From assembly GCF_009914755.1 (NCBI RefSeq), contig NC_060926.1: a stretch of 64,000 nt of DNA. One strand, given 5' to 3'. The DNA is from the human T2T-CHM13v2.0 reference genome, Homo sapiens. Position 1 is the first letter of the stretch, and every line of letters starts with the position of its first letter. The notes under the pieces are model-generated. The model did no database searches. It was given only the letters and a program-made list of their open reading frames with translations, and was not told the origin of the DNA. Made by a program: the position numbers and the translations under genes. This document shows, in pieces, positions 15,486-27,459 of the stretch.

Positions 15486-17589
15486 GTCCTGTCTTAAAGA
15501 GAAGAAATATGAGTCTCTCCTGCCTGACAGAAAGTAAGTTCCAGGCAGCAGAAGCATGACCTTGGCATTATGGCAGACAGAGAGGTGTCCTTTGCTTGTG
15601 CCTTTCCTTCAACCTGCCTGACCCCGGCTCTGCTCAGCAGTGACCCATGCTCTCTTGACCACTTGTCTCCAGCAGACCTGTGATTTGTCCACCTTGCTGC
15701 ATCCTGGGCTGGTGGAACTACCCTGTTTGGGGCTTCTCCTCCAGGGGTTCACCCAAGTTTAGAAAAGCAGTAAAACAGCCACCATGCAGACCAGCCTATC
15801 CTTTTAACAAACGTCTTTGAAGCTACCATGTTCTAAAACATTTTCAGCATGTTTTGAAGCTTTTTATTATTACTATAGGGAACACTCTGAAACTAATGCT
15901 ATGGTTATAAGGAACTCGGAGCCATCCCCAGTATGATTCCATTTCCCAACAAGTTCAAGAAACAGAATCCAGGCACGTAGTATATGAACAATGCCAAAAG
16001 ATGCAACCGATACAGTGAAACTTCATGGTGTTAGAGACAGGAAGGAGGTTGGAAATTACCCTCTAAGTTTGTTCTTTTAGCTCATTATTTACTTTTAAAG
16101 TACTGCTTGTGCAGAACCCAAGGACAGCTGCGCATTTATTGCACATTTATATTCACTGCTTCCTGATGACATTAAATGTAAGCACCTGCAGCAGGGTATT
16201 GGTGAACTGTCCAGGGGAAGCACAAATTAGAAAAAATACAAAATACGCTTCCCTGAGCCCATGAATTTACCGTATCAGGAATATGTAAGATACATTAATT
16301 AGTTCATCAGTAGGCTCCAAGACAGACATTGCAGATGGTGGGGAAGGTGGGGGTGGGGGCAGGTGGGTGGGCAGGCACCACTGACTCAAAAGTTATTGCG
16401 TGTGGGACACTTTGCCAAACTCTGGGGCCTGTGTGGGTTGAGGCACATATGTTGGGGCCTCCATCAGGGCTGGGTGGAGGCCAGGGCAGGACACAGTGGT
16501 CTGGAGCTGAGGAGTACGACACACAACTCCACAGGAGCCTCAGAGTTTAGCACGTGTGCAGGGTAGCATGTTTGGGCAATGTGTGTCTGTCTGAGAGTCT
16601 TCTACAGCTGAGAGCCTGGGGTCCCCAAGGAAATAGGGTGATGTCAGCAGGGAAGAGCCCAAAACGCTCATCAGCCTTCAAAATTCAGCATACGCTAGGG
16701 ACCTCATGATTCCAAGCAGAGAAGCTAAAAGAAATGCAGTTCACCAAGGCATGTAGTTCAGGTGCCTTCTCCCAGGACCTATGTAGCATTGAGACTTCCC
16801 TGGGGTCCTTTAAATTATGCAATTATCAAGCCTTTTTTGAAGATCTTTTTTAAAATGATTTTTCTTTTTGCATTGTCTTTTGGTTTTCAAGGAAACATAG
16901 GTTCTTTGGTGAACTGTTTTATAACTACAGCATTTGCTGTAAGGAGGTGTTCATATTCTCTTAGTGTAATAACATCAAGAAGCTGAAAGAAGTCCGAGAT
17001 CTCTAGGAGGGAAATGGCTTCAGAATATGCCTCTCAGGCTACCATAGATCTGACACCCCAGAAATATTTGGAAGACAGACTGGAGTTAGATTCCATAACT
17101 CAGGCTATGTGGCCTACCTGCTGGGGCTCCTATGGCCTTCCCTACCTCCACTCCCCAAGTTGTGGCAGAGAGCCCCTTCCAAATTGTCCTCGGTCTGATT
17201 AACCTCAGTATGTTAGAAGACAGGGGGTTGTCAAAGGCCAGGATGTTCTTTGCTGTCTCTCATTGTGCTGCAGTTGTTGAAGCCTGGAGTACCAACCGGG
17301 ATTTCAGACAGCTTGGATGATGTCCCTTCTGGTTCTGCAATGGGTTCTCTTATTTGATGGGTAGCTGAGAAAAAGAGAGGCAAGGGGGCTTTAGATCTTC
17401 TGGAAATCTTGATTCGTCAGAGTTGATTGACTCGTCTCTTCCCTGGAGTCAGTGACAGGCAAATTCACAATTTCACTCAATGCTCGCACTGAATAGCTAA
17501 AAAATGGCCAGTATTCTGGGCTAGAACCTGATGACAGAAAGAGATATGGAAGGAAAACAGTGTCCTACCACAAAGTAGCAAAGACACAT

Positions 17590-17790
17590 TGCCTTGGTGT
17601 CAACACACTTATACTTAAAGCTTGGTTCTGCCATTTATAATGAAGTGACCTACTGCTAATTGTTAACTTCTCTGAGCCTCAGTTTGCTCATCCATAAAAA
17701 TAATGCCTCAGTGTTGCAGTGAAGGCTTACTATAAAGTGACCAGCAGGCAAGCTAGACATAGTAAGTGGTTGGTGCAAAGTAGCTGCTGT
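17590..17790 (+). mobile_element. MIR SINE
   Basis: ttaacttctctgagcctcagtttgctcatccataaaa core; acatagtaagtgg...tagctgctgtt end. Confidence 0.75.
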
Positions 17791-18099
17791 TGGGCTGCTT
17801 TTCATTCGGTTTAAGTACTCATCTAGAACTGATGCGCTATTAGATCTATTTGACTGTCCTGTGAACAAAAGATAAATTGTTTCCTAGGAGTATTTTATTT
17901 TTCTAAGCTAAACACTTGGTGCATAGGAGCTTACCACTTGCATGTAATTTTCTTGTTTTGTATAAAATAAACTGAAAAACCAGTTCTTTTTTTGGCTGAA
18001 TTTAATCATCAAACCTATTTTTAAAATGCTCTTTGTGTACTTTCTTTCCTTTTTAGAAAATTCCTTTTGGTATTTAGGAAAATGTTTAATTTTGTTCTA

Positions 18100-20080
18100 A
18101 TGGTTACCTTTGTAGTACTCTTTATTACCTTTTTAAGAATTTTTTAACCTTTTACCATATCTTTTGGCTATTACTTATAGTGTAAATTCAATGATCTTAT
18201 TCTACGTTCTTACCCACTTCTCCCATTTTAAAAATTGTACTGTTTCTATTCTGTTAGAAAATGCAATGTTTAACTACCATTCTTATACCCATATCTCCAA
18301 CCTTGTGTTAGTCCTAGATCTATATATGAAATATGTAGAAGCCCACCTTCAATCCTCCTGCTGAAGTGTCTGCAGTCAGCTCTTAGTTGAATAAAGTACA
18401 CTTAATTCTGCAGTGGATTCGTCAGAAAGGACACGTGGGCACAGTATTCTTGTGTTCTTTCGTCTTCAAAACTGCTTTTCTATATTGTTAACATTTGAAG
18501 AACAGCTTGGCTAGATATAAAGTTCTTGACTTGCATTTTCTCAAGCTTCTCAAAGAGCTGCTTCACTCACGTCTTGCTTTATATGTTGTTGTTGAGAAAT
18601 CCAATGTCAGCCAAATCCTCTTCTCCTTTCAAGCTATTTTATGTTTCCTCCAAAAGGCCATATGGATTTTTTTCTTTCTCTTTAAAGCTTAGCAGTTCTA
18701 CTAGGATATGGCTCTGATATAATAATGCCAGGTCAACTTTTATAATAATGCCAGGTCAACTTTTTCAAGTGAACCCTTTCACTTGTAGATTCAATTCCTG
18801 ATTTATTTCCAGAAAGTTTTCTTGGATTATAATTTTAAATAATAGTTATATTCCATTGTTTTGCTCTCCTCGTTCAAGAACTCCAGTTGGACATCCTTGG
18901 CTGGTCTTCCACTTCGATCACTTTCCTCTGACCTTTTTTCTTTTTTTCTTTACCTCCTTTTTGCTCTCTTGTTTTCTCCTGCTTTCCTTCAATGTCTTTT
19001 GTTAAATTTCCATTTAAATTTATTCTCCCTTGGGCCTCATAATTTTGTCTACATTTCTGGTATGATTTTGCCATTTTCTTTGATATTCTTCCTATGTTCA
19101 ATGACTATCATTTCATTTCTTCCTTTTCTTCTTTCTTGATCTATTTGTGTTGCTGAGTTTTATATTTCTGATTCAGTTTTATATTTCTGATTCAGTTTTA
19201 TATTTCTGATTCAGTTTTATATTTCTGATGCTTTTTACGTATCTCCAAATTCTATTTTGAGGAAAATTAATTTTTGTGGGAGTATTATGTTACAGTTTTC
19301 CTCAGCTCATTGTTCCCCCCACCACACCCTGCCCCTGAGGTGAGGGAGTATTTTCTTCAGCTGAATTACCTTGGTTCACTTTTTACGACAGTTTTATTTG
19401 GATATGACTGCGGTTTTTCTGTACCTCTTCATTCTGTGGAGAGAGTTCATCGTGTGACATCAGCATTTCCTTTCAGTTCTGCCCTTTTCTGTGAAGTTTC
19501 TTTTATGGAAGATGTTGATGGTGAAGTTAGGAAGAAAAAGAAAGGGACTACTGTGTCTTTCTTCCTAGAAACATTAATTTTATCTTTTCTTTTTTCTTTC
19601 CTTTCATTGCTATTTCACCGAGGAATACCACCACTTCTCTGTATCTCATTCTCCCTAAGAAGCCGTGCTTCTCCAGGGCTGCCACTTCTGGGCCTCACTC
19701 ATTTCAAATCTTTTCCCTGCAGCTGGTGGTGTGAACTGCCAAGTTCCAAATTGCGTAGAGCATTTCTTAACGTAGTTGGGCTTTCTTTTGAGAGTGTGCA
19801 TACCTTATGTAAGTCCTTAATGCCCTCTACTATTTTTGATACCATTCTTTAATACTTCCCTACTTCACTTTCCATATCCATAGGCTTGAAGCAGTAAGGC
19901 AAAAGGTAGCTGTTAGAATATGATGCATTTTTCTACTTGCTGATCATTTACAACTTGTAGTATTCTCCAATTCTTAGTAATGCTAAAGCCATAATGTTAT
20001 TTTCTATTTTCACTCTATTTATTTTAAGGGTTTTTAAAGTTGTATGGGGAGATTTGAAGTCAAGCAGCTGCCATCATTTT
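18100..20080 (-). mobile_element. Ancient L1/HAL1-like ORF1 and 5' region
   Basis: gaacagcttggctagatataaagttcttgac...gttgttgttgagaaatccaatgtcagcc resembles reverse ORF1 of old L1M/HAL1; boundaries approximate. Confidence 0.6.
19156..19229. repeat. Minisatellite, 19-bp unit x3.9
   Basis: agttttatatttctgattc repeated perfectly at 19156, 19175 and 19194, partial at 19213. Confidence 0.95.
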
Positions 20081-20084
20081 CCAT

Positions 20085-20668
20085 TCCTGTTTGGTGTTCA
20101 TTGAACTTCTTGGATTTTCATGTTGATATTTTTCATCAAATTTGGAAAAAAATTTTGACTGCATATTTTTTCAAAACTTTTTTATCTCCAATCTCTATTC
20201 TTTTTTTTTCTCAAATCTCTCTCTCCTCTTTTTCTGGGACTTTAATTACATTAATATTTGAACCCTTAATACCATTTCACAGATAACAGAGACTACCTCT
20301 CTAGCCTTTCTTCTCTTAGCTTCAGTTTGGATAGTTTCTACTATTCTGTCTTCAAGTTCACTGATCCTTTCTTTTTCAGTGTCCACTGTGCTGCTAAGCC
20401 CATCCAGTGAACTTTTTATTTGAGATATTTTATTATTATTATCATTTTCATTTCTCTACTGAGAGTATCCATTTGTTTACTCATTAGGTTTATCTTATTT
20501 AAACCTGTAAACATATGCATAATGGCTGTTTTAAAGTCTTCGTCTATTAATTCCAACATCTCTGGGTCTGTTTCTATTTTTTGTTAATTTTTTTTCCTGG
20601 ACATAGGTAACATTTTGCTACTACTTCACATATCTAGTAATTTCTGATTGTGTGCTGGTTATTGTAAA
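20085..20668 (-). mobile_element. Old L1M (L1MC/MD-type) ORF1 fragment
   Basis: tcattgaacttcttggatt...tcttcaagttcactgatcctttc...ctgctaagcccatccagtgaa is typical reverse L1M ORF1. Confidence 0.7.
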
Positions 20669-20669
20669 T

Positions 20670-21998
20670 TCTTGAAACTCCCTTCTCTTGGCTCCTGTGA
20701 CACAATGATCTCTGGGTTTTCCTACTACTTCTTTGGGATTCTGTCCACCTTCTTTAACACTCATTATCTTCTACTTGATTTTTAAATGTCATAGATCTTC
20801 ATGGCTCAATCTTATATTTGATCTTTTCTCACACTATATTTTCTCTTTAGGCAGTCTCATCTACACCCTATGCTTCAATCAATCACCACCTACACACTGA
20901 TGATTCAAAATCATATAAATTCAGATGAGACCTCTTCTTTGACTAACTTCAGACTAATTGCTACTTGTTTGTTTCAATAACACATCTATCTCACTATGTC
21001 CAGAACCAATATTGTGATTTCTCTGGCCTGCCTGCATGTGCAAACACACACACACACACCCACAATATGAAATAGGAAACTTCTTCTAGTGATATAAATT
21101 TCAGTGAATTACACCACCATCACTTCAATTATGCATGTTTGAAATACAGACACTTTGACACCTCTTCCTTCCTCATTCCCCATATACATTCCATCTTGCA
21201 ATTTTATTGATTTTATACTTCCACTTGTCTCCATTGCCATCTCTCTCTGCCACTATCCAGTTTTTAGCTCCCACCACCTCTCACTTGCATTATGAAATAG
21301 CTCCAAATTTATTGTGCACCTCTAATCTTTCCCTGCTATAATCCATTCTCCAAATCATTGCCAGCATTACATTTTAGAAATGCAAATCTAATAATGCAAA
21401 TCTAATTCATTCTCTCTCTGTATTTGTCTCTCTCTCTCTACATGCACACACACACACATACACACACACAGTTTTAAAGAAGGCTAAATTGTTGTCCATT
21501 GCTTTTTGGATGAAAACAAAAATCATTAACATGGGCTGATCCCTACCTGACTCATGTTACCATGCTTTCCTTGCTCTCTCCTATCCCTCTCTGTTGTCTT
21601 GGTCCTATATACTGTTCTGGATTTCCTGGAGTGTATCTGCCTCTGGTCTTTGCCTGTGCTATTCCATCTGTATTAACTGCTCTTTTCTCTCCTCATCACC
21701 TCCTCCAAACCTGAAATCAATTGTCCTTTTCTTGGGGGAAGCCTTCCCTGAATTCCTTGGCCAGTCAATCTCACACTTATGCTCACAGTGGCACAGTGTA
21801 CCTCTCATTTGTAGTCCCTATAACATTTGTAATTTCACATCTATTTCCGTGATTCTTTCATTCAGGTATGACACCCCTACTGAATTATAACTGTCATGAA
21901 ATCAAGAATTGTGTCTGTTTTGGCACACTCATATTTCTAGTATCAATCATAGTGTAGATGTTTAATAAATATTTACTGAATCAGTGAATAATGAATAA
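20670..21998 (+). mobile_element. L2 LINE 3' portion
   Basis: cttgaaactcccttctcttggctcctgtgacaca... ending ataaatatttactgaatcagtgaataatgaata (L2 tail); includes CA microsatellites near 21045 and 21445. Confidence 0.8.
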
Positions 21999-23899
21999 AA
22001 AGTACTCTTCCATGAATCTTTCTTATACTCATGCTTAGCTCTCACTCTACCTTTCTAACAAATGGCCTAAGCAGAGGAAGATGCTAAAGGGGCTGCTAAG
22101 GCAGCAAGAAAATCAAGTAACACAGAAACAGAGTCAGTTGGTTCTTTGCACTTAGGATTCTCAGAAGAATTTTTTGCTTCTGCCTTCAAAATTAAACTGG
22201 AATATTAAAACTGATCTTTTGGTCCCTGGAAGATGAAGTACAAACCATCATCAAAAAGTATCTACTGTTGGGACTGGTGACTCACTTTGTCCTTCCCTCC
22301 TGTAAGCCATGAGAAGGAATCAGAATGATTCTGTCATCAAGAGCATCACAAATCCTGGATCTTCACCTGATTAATGCTTCACGTCTAGCACAAGCACTTT
22401 CATTTTCAAGGGATTCCATACTGTATTGTCTAGCCCCTGGCTGGGTTGGGATATAGTTATCTTGGTGGCATAGGATCAGCATGTGTAAGAGCGGGATATT
22501 ATTGGGCGCTGTATTGAAAAGAGTAACCCTGGGAAGGTGAGGGTGATTATTAAGACCAACTCTGAAGCGATGACTGGTGACCAGAAATGAGTTGATGTCA
22601 GAAATTTCTACAGAGATGGTGATAGCTTATAAAGGTGAAAATCCAGTAAATAGTCTGGGGTTTAAAAACTCAAGTAAGGGATGAATCAAGGGATGATGCA
22701 GAAATTATGTGTAGTAGAAAAGGCAGATGTCAGGGGTAGAAATACATCACCGGGCAAGTAAGGCCAAGTACGTGCCCATCTGGAACACAGGGCAGAATCT
22801 CTTCAGTAAGTTGGCTTTATTGGTTTTAGTCATTTTTATCTATTGCTGATGCTCATGTGATACTTTGTTTCTTGGGTGAATTTCGGTATCTCAGACAGAC
22901 ACATACAAGGAGAAAGAACAGAAGTTCTTAGGTAGTTTTTTAGTAATAGAAGTTCTTAGATTTTTTTTTTTTTTTTTTTTTTTTTAGTAAGAAAGAAAAG
23001 TGCTGGGAGAGATTGATCGTTCCTTATAAAAAGGCCTTCATTCCTCACAAAAATACAACTTTCAGTCAAGAATTTGGTCCTTTAAAAAAGAAAGAGGAAG
23101 AAAAGAAAGCATGAGCTCTATCCCTCTTTTGACTAAATACTACCACTGACTTTCCTGTTTAGAACTAAAGGCTGTCTCTTGTTCCACAGGTCAAATGCAT
23201 ACTTTTTAAAATGCCACTTGACCCCTTGGGTTCCCCATTCTCAGTAGAAAAACAAAATGGTCATTAATTTATTTTGACATGCAAACTCAGCTGAACATTT
23301 TTTGGTGATTCAACCCCACAGATGTAAAGTGAAAGAGTGCCAGAAAAGCAAGTGAGAGCCATGAGATTACCACAAGTCTGTGAGCACATTTTTTTCAAGG
23401 CTTACAGAATCCCAAAGCTTGCCCTTGCTTCAGGAAAAAGAACTGGTTGACACCTGAGAGGTTTTAAGCCACAAGAAGCTGAGGCCCGTTGTGAGGAGGG
23501 CAGGGACAGTGGGGCCAGGCCACACGCGACGCGTCACCCACCTCCTGCCTCACCTCCCCCACTGAGATGTCTGCTGGGTGGGAGGAGGCTTATTGCCAGA
23601 GAACAGTCTGGTGTTTTCTGTTCCTGCTTCAGGAAGTCCCCCTTCTCCCGCCACCCCCGCAGCTCCTCAGCCTGGAAACAACTTTTAGAGAGGAGAAGGG
23701 AAGCAAAGCTTTCAAAAGCAGATACCTGTGGGGTTTGAAGGGAGGTGCCCCTTGTTCAAGTATTTCTCCCCCAAAATTGAAAGGACACTTCAGATTCATT
23801 CATTTTAGTTTTGATGTATCTTCAGTAATTAAGAAGCCACTAAGAAAACTGACCCTGGGAAGGCAAATTCCTGAAGCTGAGTCAGATACAGCCAGCTCT

Positions 23900-24301
23900 T
23901 ACCATACCATCTGACCCTCAGTTCCCTCTGACCTCATCTCTTCCCACCTCCTCTCTGTCTGACTCAGCAGTGAGGCCACACAGGCCTCCCTGCTGATTCG
24001 AGAATGGCTCCCACCTGAGGCCTTGGGCCCCCCTTGTTTTCGCCCCCACATACCCATCTGGCTTCCCCTTCACTGCTTCCAAGGCTCTCCTCAGAGAGCA
24101 TCCTGTCAGACCAGTCTTTCCTGGACATGCTGAGTGTACCTTTCCCCTATTTCATTTTCCTTCGTGGCACCTTTTACCACCTGATATGTTCAATGGCTCT
24201 ATGTTTGTTTGTAGTAAGTCTCGCCTGACTAGAATATAAGACCCATGGGAGAAGAGACTTTCTGCTCTACCCTTGGCACATACCGGGTGCTCAAAAAATA
24301 T
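23900..24301 (+). mobile_element. L2 3' fragment, host of the U6-L1 insertion
   Basis: gactagaatataagacccatgggag...ggcacataccgggtgctcaaaaaatat; the tail resumes after the insertion at about 25198-25230. Confidence 0.7.
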
Positions 24302-24305
24302 TCAA

Positions 24306-24411
24306 GTGCTCGCTTCGGCAGTACATGTACTAAAACTGGAACAATACAGAGAACATTAGCACGGCCCCTTCACAAGGATGACACACAAATTTATGCAGCA
24401 TTCCATAATTT
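24306..24411 (+). pseudogene. RNU6: Full-length U6 snRNA retrocopy (RNU6 pseudogene), 5' part of a U6-L1 chimera
   Basis: gtgctcgcttcggcagtacatgtactaaaactggaacaatacagagaacattagcacggccccttcacaaggatgacacacaaatttatgcagcattccataattt; about 14 substitutions versus U6; ACAGAGA box kept; upstream sequence is L2, not a U6 promoter. Confidence 0.96.
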
Positions 24412-25183
24412 CGAGAAATACAAATCAAAACCACAATGAGATAACATCTCACACCAGTCAGAATGGCTATTATTAAAAAGACAGAAAATAAGAGTTGCTG
24501 GTGAGGCTGCAGAGGAAAGGGGAAAGCTTATATGCTCTTAATGGAAACACAAACTAGTTGAGCCACTGTGGAAGACAGTTTGGAGATTTCTCAAGGAACT
24601 CAAAATAGAACAACCATTAGACCCAGCAATCCCACTACTGAGTATATACCCAAAGGAAAGTAATTCATCCTATCTTAAAGACACATATGCTCCTATGTTC
24701 ACTGCAGCACCATTCACAATAGCAAGGACATGGAATCAACCTAAGAGCCCATCAACAGTGGATTGGAGAGAGAAAATGAGGTACAAATACACCATGGAAT
24801 ACTATGCAGCCATAAAAAAGAATGAAATCATGTCCTTTCGCAACATGGATGGAGGTGGAAGGCATTATGACCTCCATAAATGACCTAATGTAAGAACCTA
24901 AAACAAAATATTGCATGTTATCACTTGTAAGTGGGGCCTAAACGTTGAAGACACATGATCACGAAGATGGGAACAATAGGCACTGGGGATCACTAGATGG
25001 GGAAGGAAGGGAGCAGGGGGCATGGGCTGGAGTGCCACCTGTTGCGTCCTATACTTATTCCCTGGGTGATGGGATCATTGGGATCCCAAGCCTCAGGGTG
25101 ATGCAATTTACCCATGTAATAAACCTGCATGTGTACCCTTTAATCTATGATAAAAGTTGAAATTAAAACATAAACAAATAAAA
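24412..25183 (+). mobile_element. 5'-truncated L1 (L1PA15/16-like) fused to U6
   Basis: Starts gagaaatacaaatcaaaaccacaatgag (ORF2 C-terminus); 3'UTR ends aaacctgcatgtgtaccctttaatctatgataaaagttgaaatt plus an A-rich tail. Confidence 0.92.
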
Positions 25184-26912
25184 TCCTGAGTACTGTTTCA
25201 AAAAATATATTTGAGGAAAGAAGGAAGGAAAGAGGGATGGAGAGATGGAGGAAGACTAAAGGAAGGATCGTGGCCCTGAGAGAATAGAGCACAGGCCAGG
25301 GGTGAGATACAGAGTGAGATGGGAGCTGAATGGGGTCTCTGAAACTAGACATGGAAGACACCAAAAGAAACATTCCTACTTCATCTTTCCCTGTGCCTGG
25401 GATAATTTACTCCTGGATGGTAAAGATATGTCTTGGTTTCATCTGTGTTAAATAAACCTGCACGATGTTACAAGCTGGCATTGCTTCATAAGCTTGACCT
25501 TAGCTTTCAAATAGGACCTCGATCATTGCTCAATGACCAAGTCACAAAGTTGCCTAATGATATTGGCCCACAGCCATGTTATTGCAAACATGGCAATGAC
25601 TGGCCAAAACCAGGTGTGCTCCTTACATTTCTGCCCGGGTGATACTCTCAGAGAGCTCCTCGCCATGAGAACTAAGTCAGTCTCCCAGTGCCAGGAGCCA
25701 GGACAATTACGGGGCTTTCCCTATTGTGTGTTCTTGCTGCTAACCAGCTCCCAGGCCTAGGCTTCTGAGAAACAGTGTAGGCACACAAGCTGCAGATCTC
25801 TCCTCCCTTTATTCTCTCTCCCCTTCCCCAAACCCACAATAGCCTCTACCATAGTGCTTATTCTTTTGACCTGTTCTGATCTGCTAGCCTAACTATTCCC
25901 CAACACCTTTAGGAAGATAGGTCTTCCCTGACCCTCAGTCTGAGGTCTAGAAGCCCTTCTGCCTTGCCTCACAGGCATCTTCCCTCCTCCCCCGTCCCCT
26001 AGACCAGTCCAACAGCAGCCCGTGCAGCCTCTGAAGTCCACTCCCAGTGCTAGCTGATGGGAACCCCATGGGCTCCTGTCTGCTATACAAATGGAACAGA
26101 CTTTCTTCAGAGCCAACCCCAGCTGCCCCACTGAAGCTGGTTGCCACAGTGATTTTCAGTCTCATACCAGATTCTGATCTCTTCTCTTGCCCACCTTTGG
26201 TGCTGCAGAGTGGATCATCTTGTTTTATACTCAAGTCATCATTAAAATTTATAGAAAAAGAGAGAATTTAAAAAAAAAAACACTAAAAAATCACCTTGTA
26301 CGCATATACCTCAGAAGATCTTTGGCCTAATGGTAATCTGTGACATTAAGGCAAATAACCAAAAATATGTAATTTTTCTATTTATTTCTTTGAGTGGGCT
26401 CAGTTGCAGATATATGAATCTGACCAGGGTCCTGATCACTTCCTGCTCCCAAAGACCACCCTTTGAGCCTGTAAGATCCAAAGTCAACTCAGTGGATTAA
26501 TGTGCAAGTCTAGCCTGAGCCAGTAAGACATGGTTCCCTCTAAGATGCCAGGAAAGGACCTAGGGCTTCCCTGGGCTGAGCTCTTAGGTAAGCCATGGCC
26601 TGGCCTGGCCTCTTAGAGGTTGTGCAAGACCAGCCTCTGTGATCTGCGAAGGCCCTGAGTCCCAGACATCGTCTCCAACACTGACCTAGATCCAGTGCCA
26701 GCAGGACAAGAAAGTCCCCTCTGCTTTAACCTTTACATGAAAAGAAACTTTGAAATGACCAATCCACATTTTTTTTGTTTGTTTTTTTCTGCTTTCCACA
26801 GCCCTTTTCTGTCTGTAAAACCAACCTCCTCTTCTTGGCTCATCAGAACACTCATTCTATTTTATGGAATAAAGTGCTGCCCAATTGTAGAATCAAAAAT
26901 ACAGCAAATTAA

Positions 26913-27412
26913 TGTTTTTTATATAAAGTTTTTGATACATAATAATTACACATATTTGTGGGGTATCTGTGATATCTTGACACAGCCATAGAATGTGTAA
27001 TGATCAAATCAGGGTATTTAGGATATCCATCGCCTTGAACATGTATCATTTCTTTGAGCTAGGAACATTTCAAATTTTCTCTTCTGGCTATTTTGAGATA
27101 CTCAATATGTTTTTGTTAACTATAGTCACCCTACTTTGAGGCTGAATACTAGCGCTTATTCCGTCTAACTATATGTCTGTACCTATTAACCAACCTCTCT
27201 TCATCCCACACACCCTTCATAGCCTCTAGTAGCTACCATTCTTTTCTCTACCTCCATGAGATCCATCTTTTTAGCTCCCACATATGAGTAAGAATATGCA
27301 ATATTTGTCTTTCGGTGCCTGGCTGATTTTACTTAACAAGATGCCCTTCAATTCCATACATGTTCCTGCAAATGATAGAATTTCATTCTTTTTTACGGCT
27401 TAATAGTATTCC

Positions 27413-27459
<47 letters not shown>

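Noticed and set aside
19274-19852. 192-aa ORF
   Set aside because: Low-complexity F/L/S-rich translation of the T-rich antisense strand of an old L1, with a non-ATG start.
22920-22990. T25 run as a retro-insertion
   Set aside because: The T-run does not lie between the agaagttcttag copies. A short tandem duplication with homopolymer expansion explains it better.
24306-24411. Functional U6 snRNA gene
   Set aside because: About 14 substitutions, no external Pol III promoter upstream, a disrupted T-tract, and fusion to L1.
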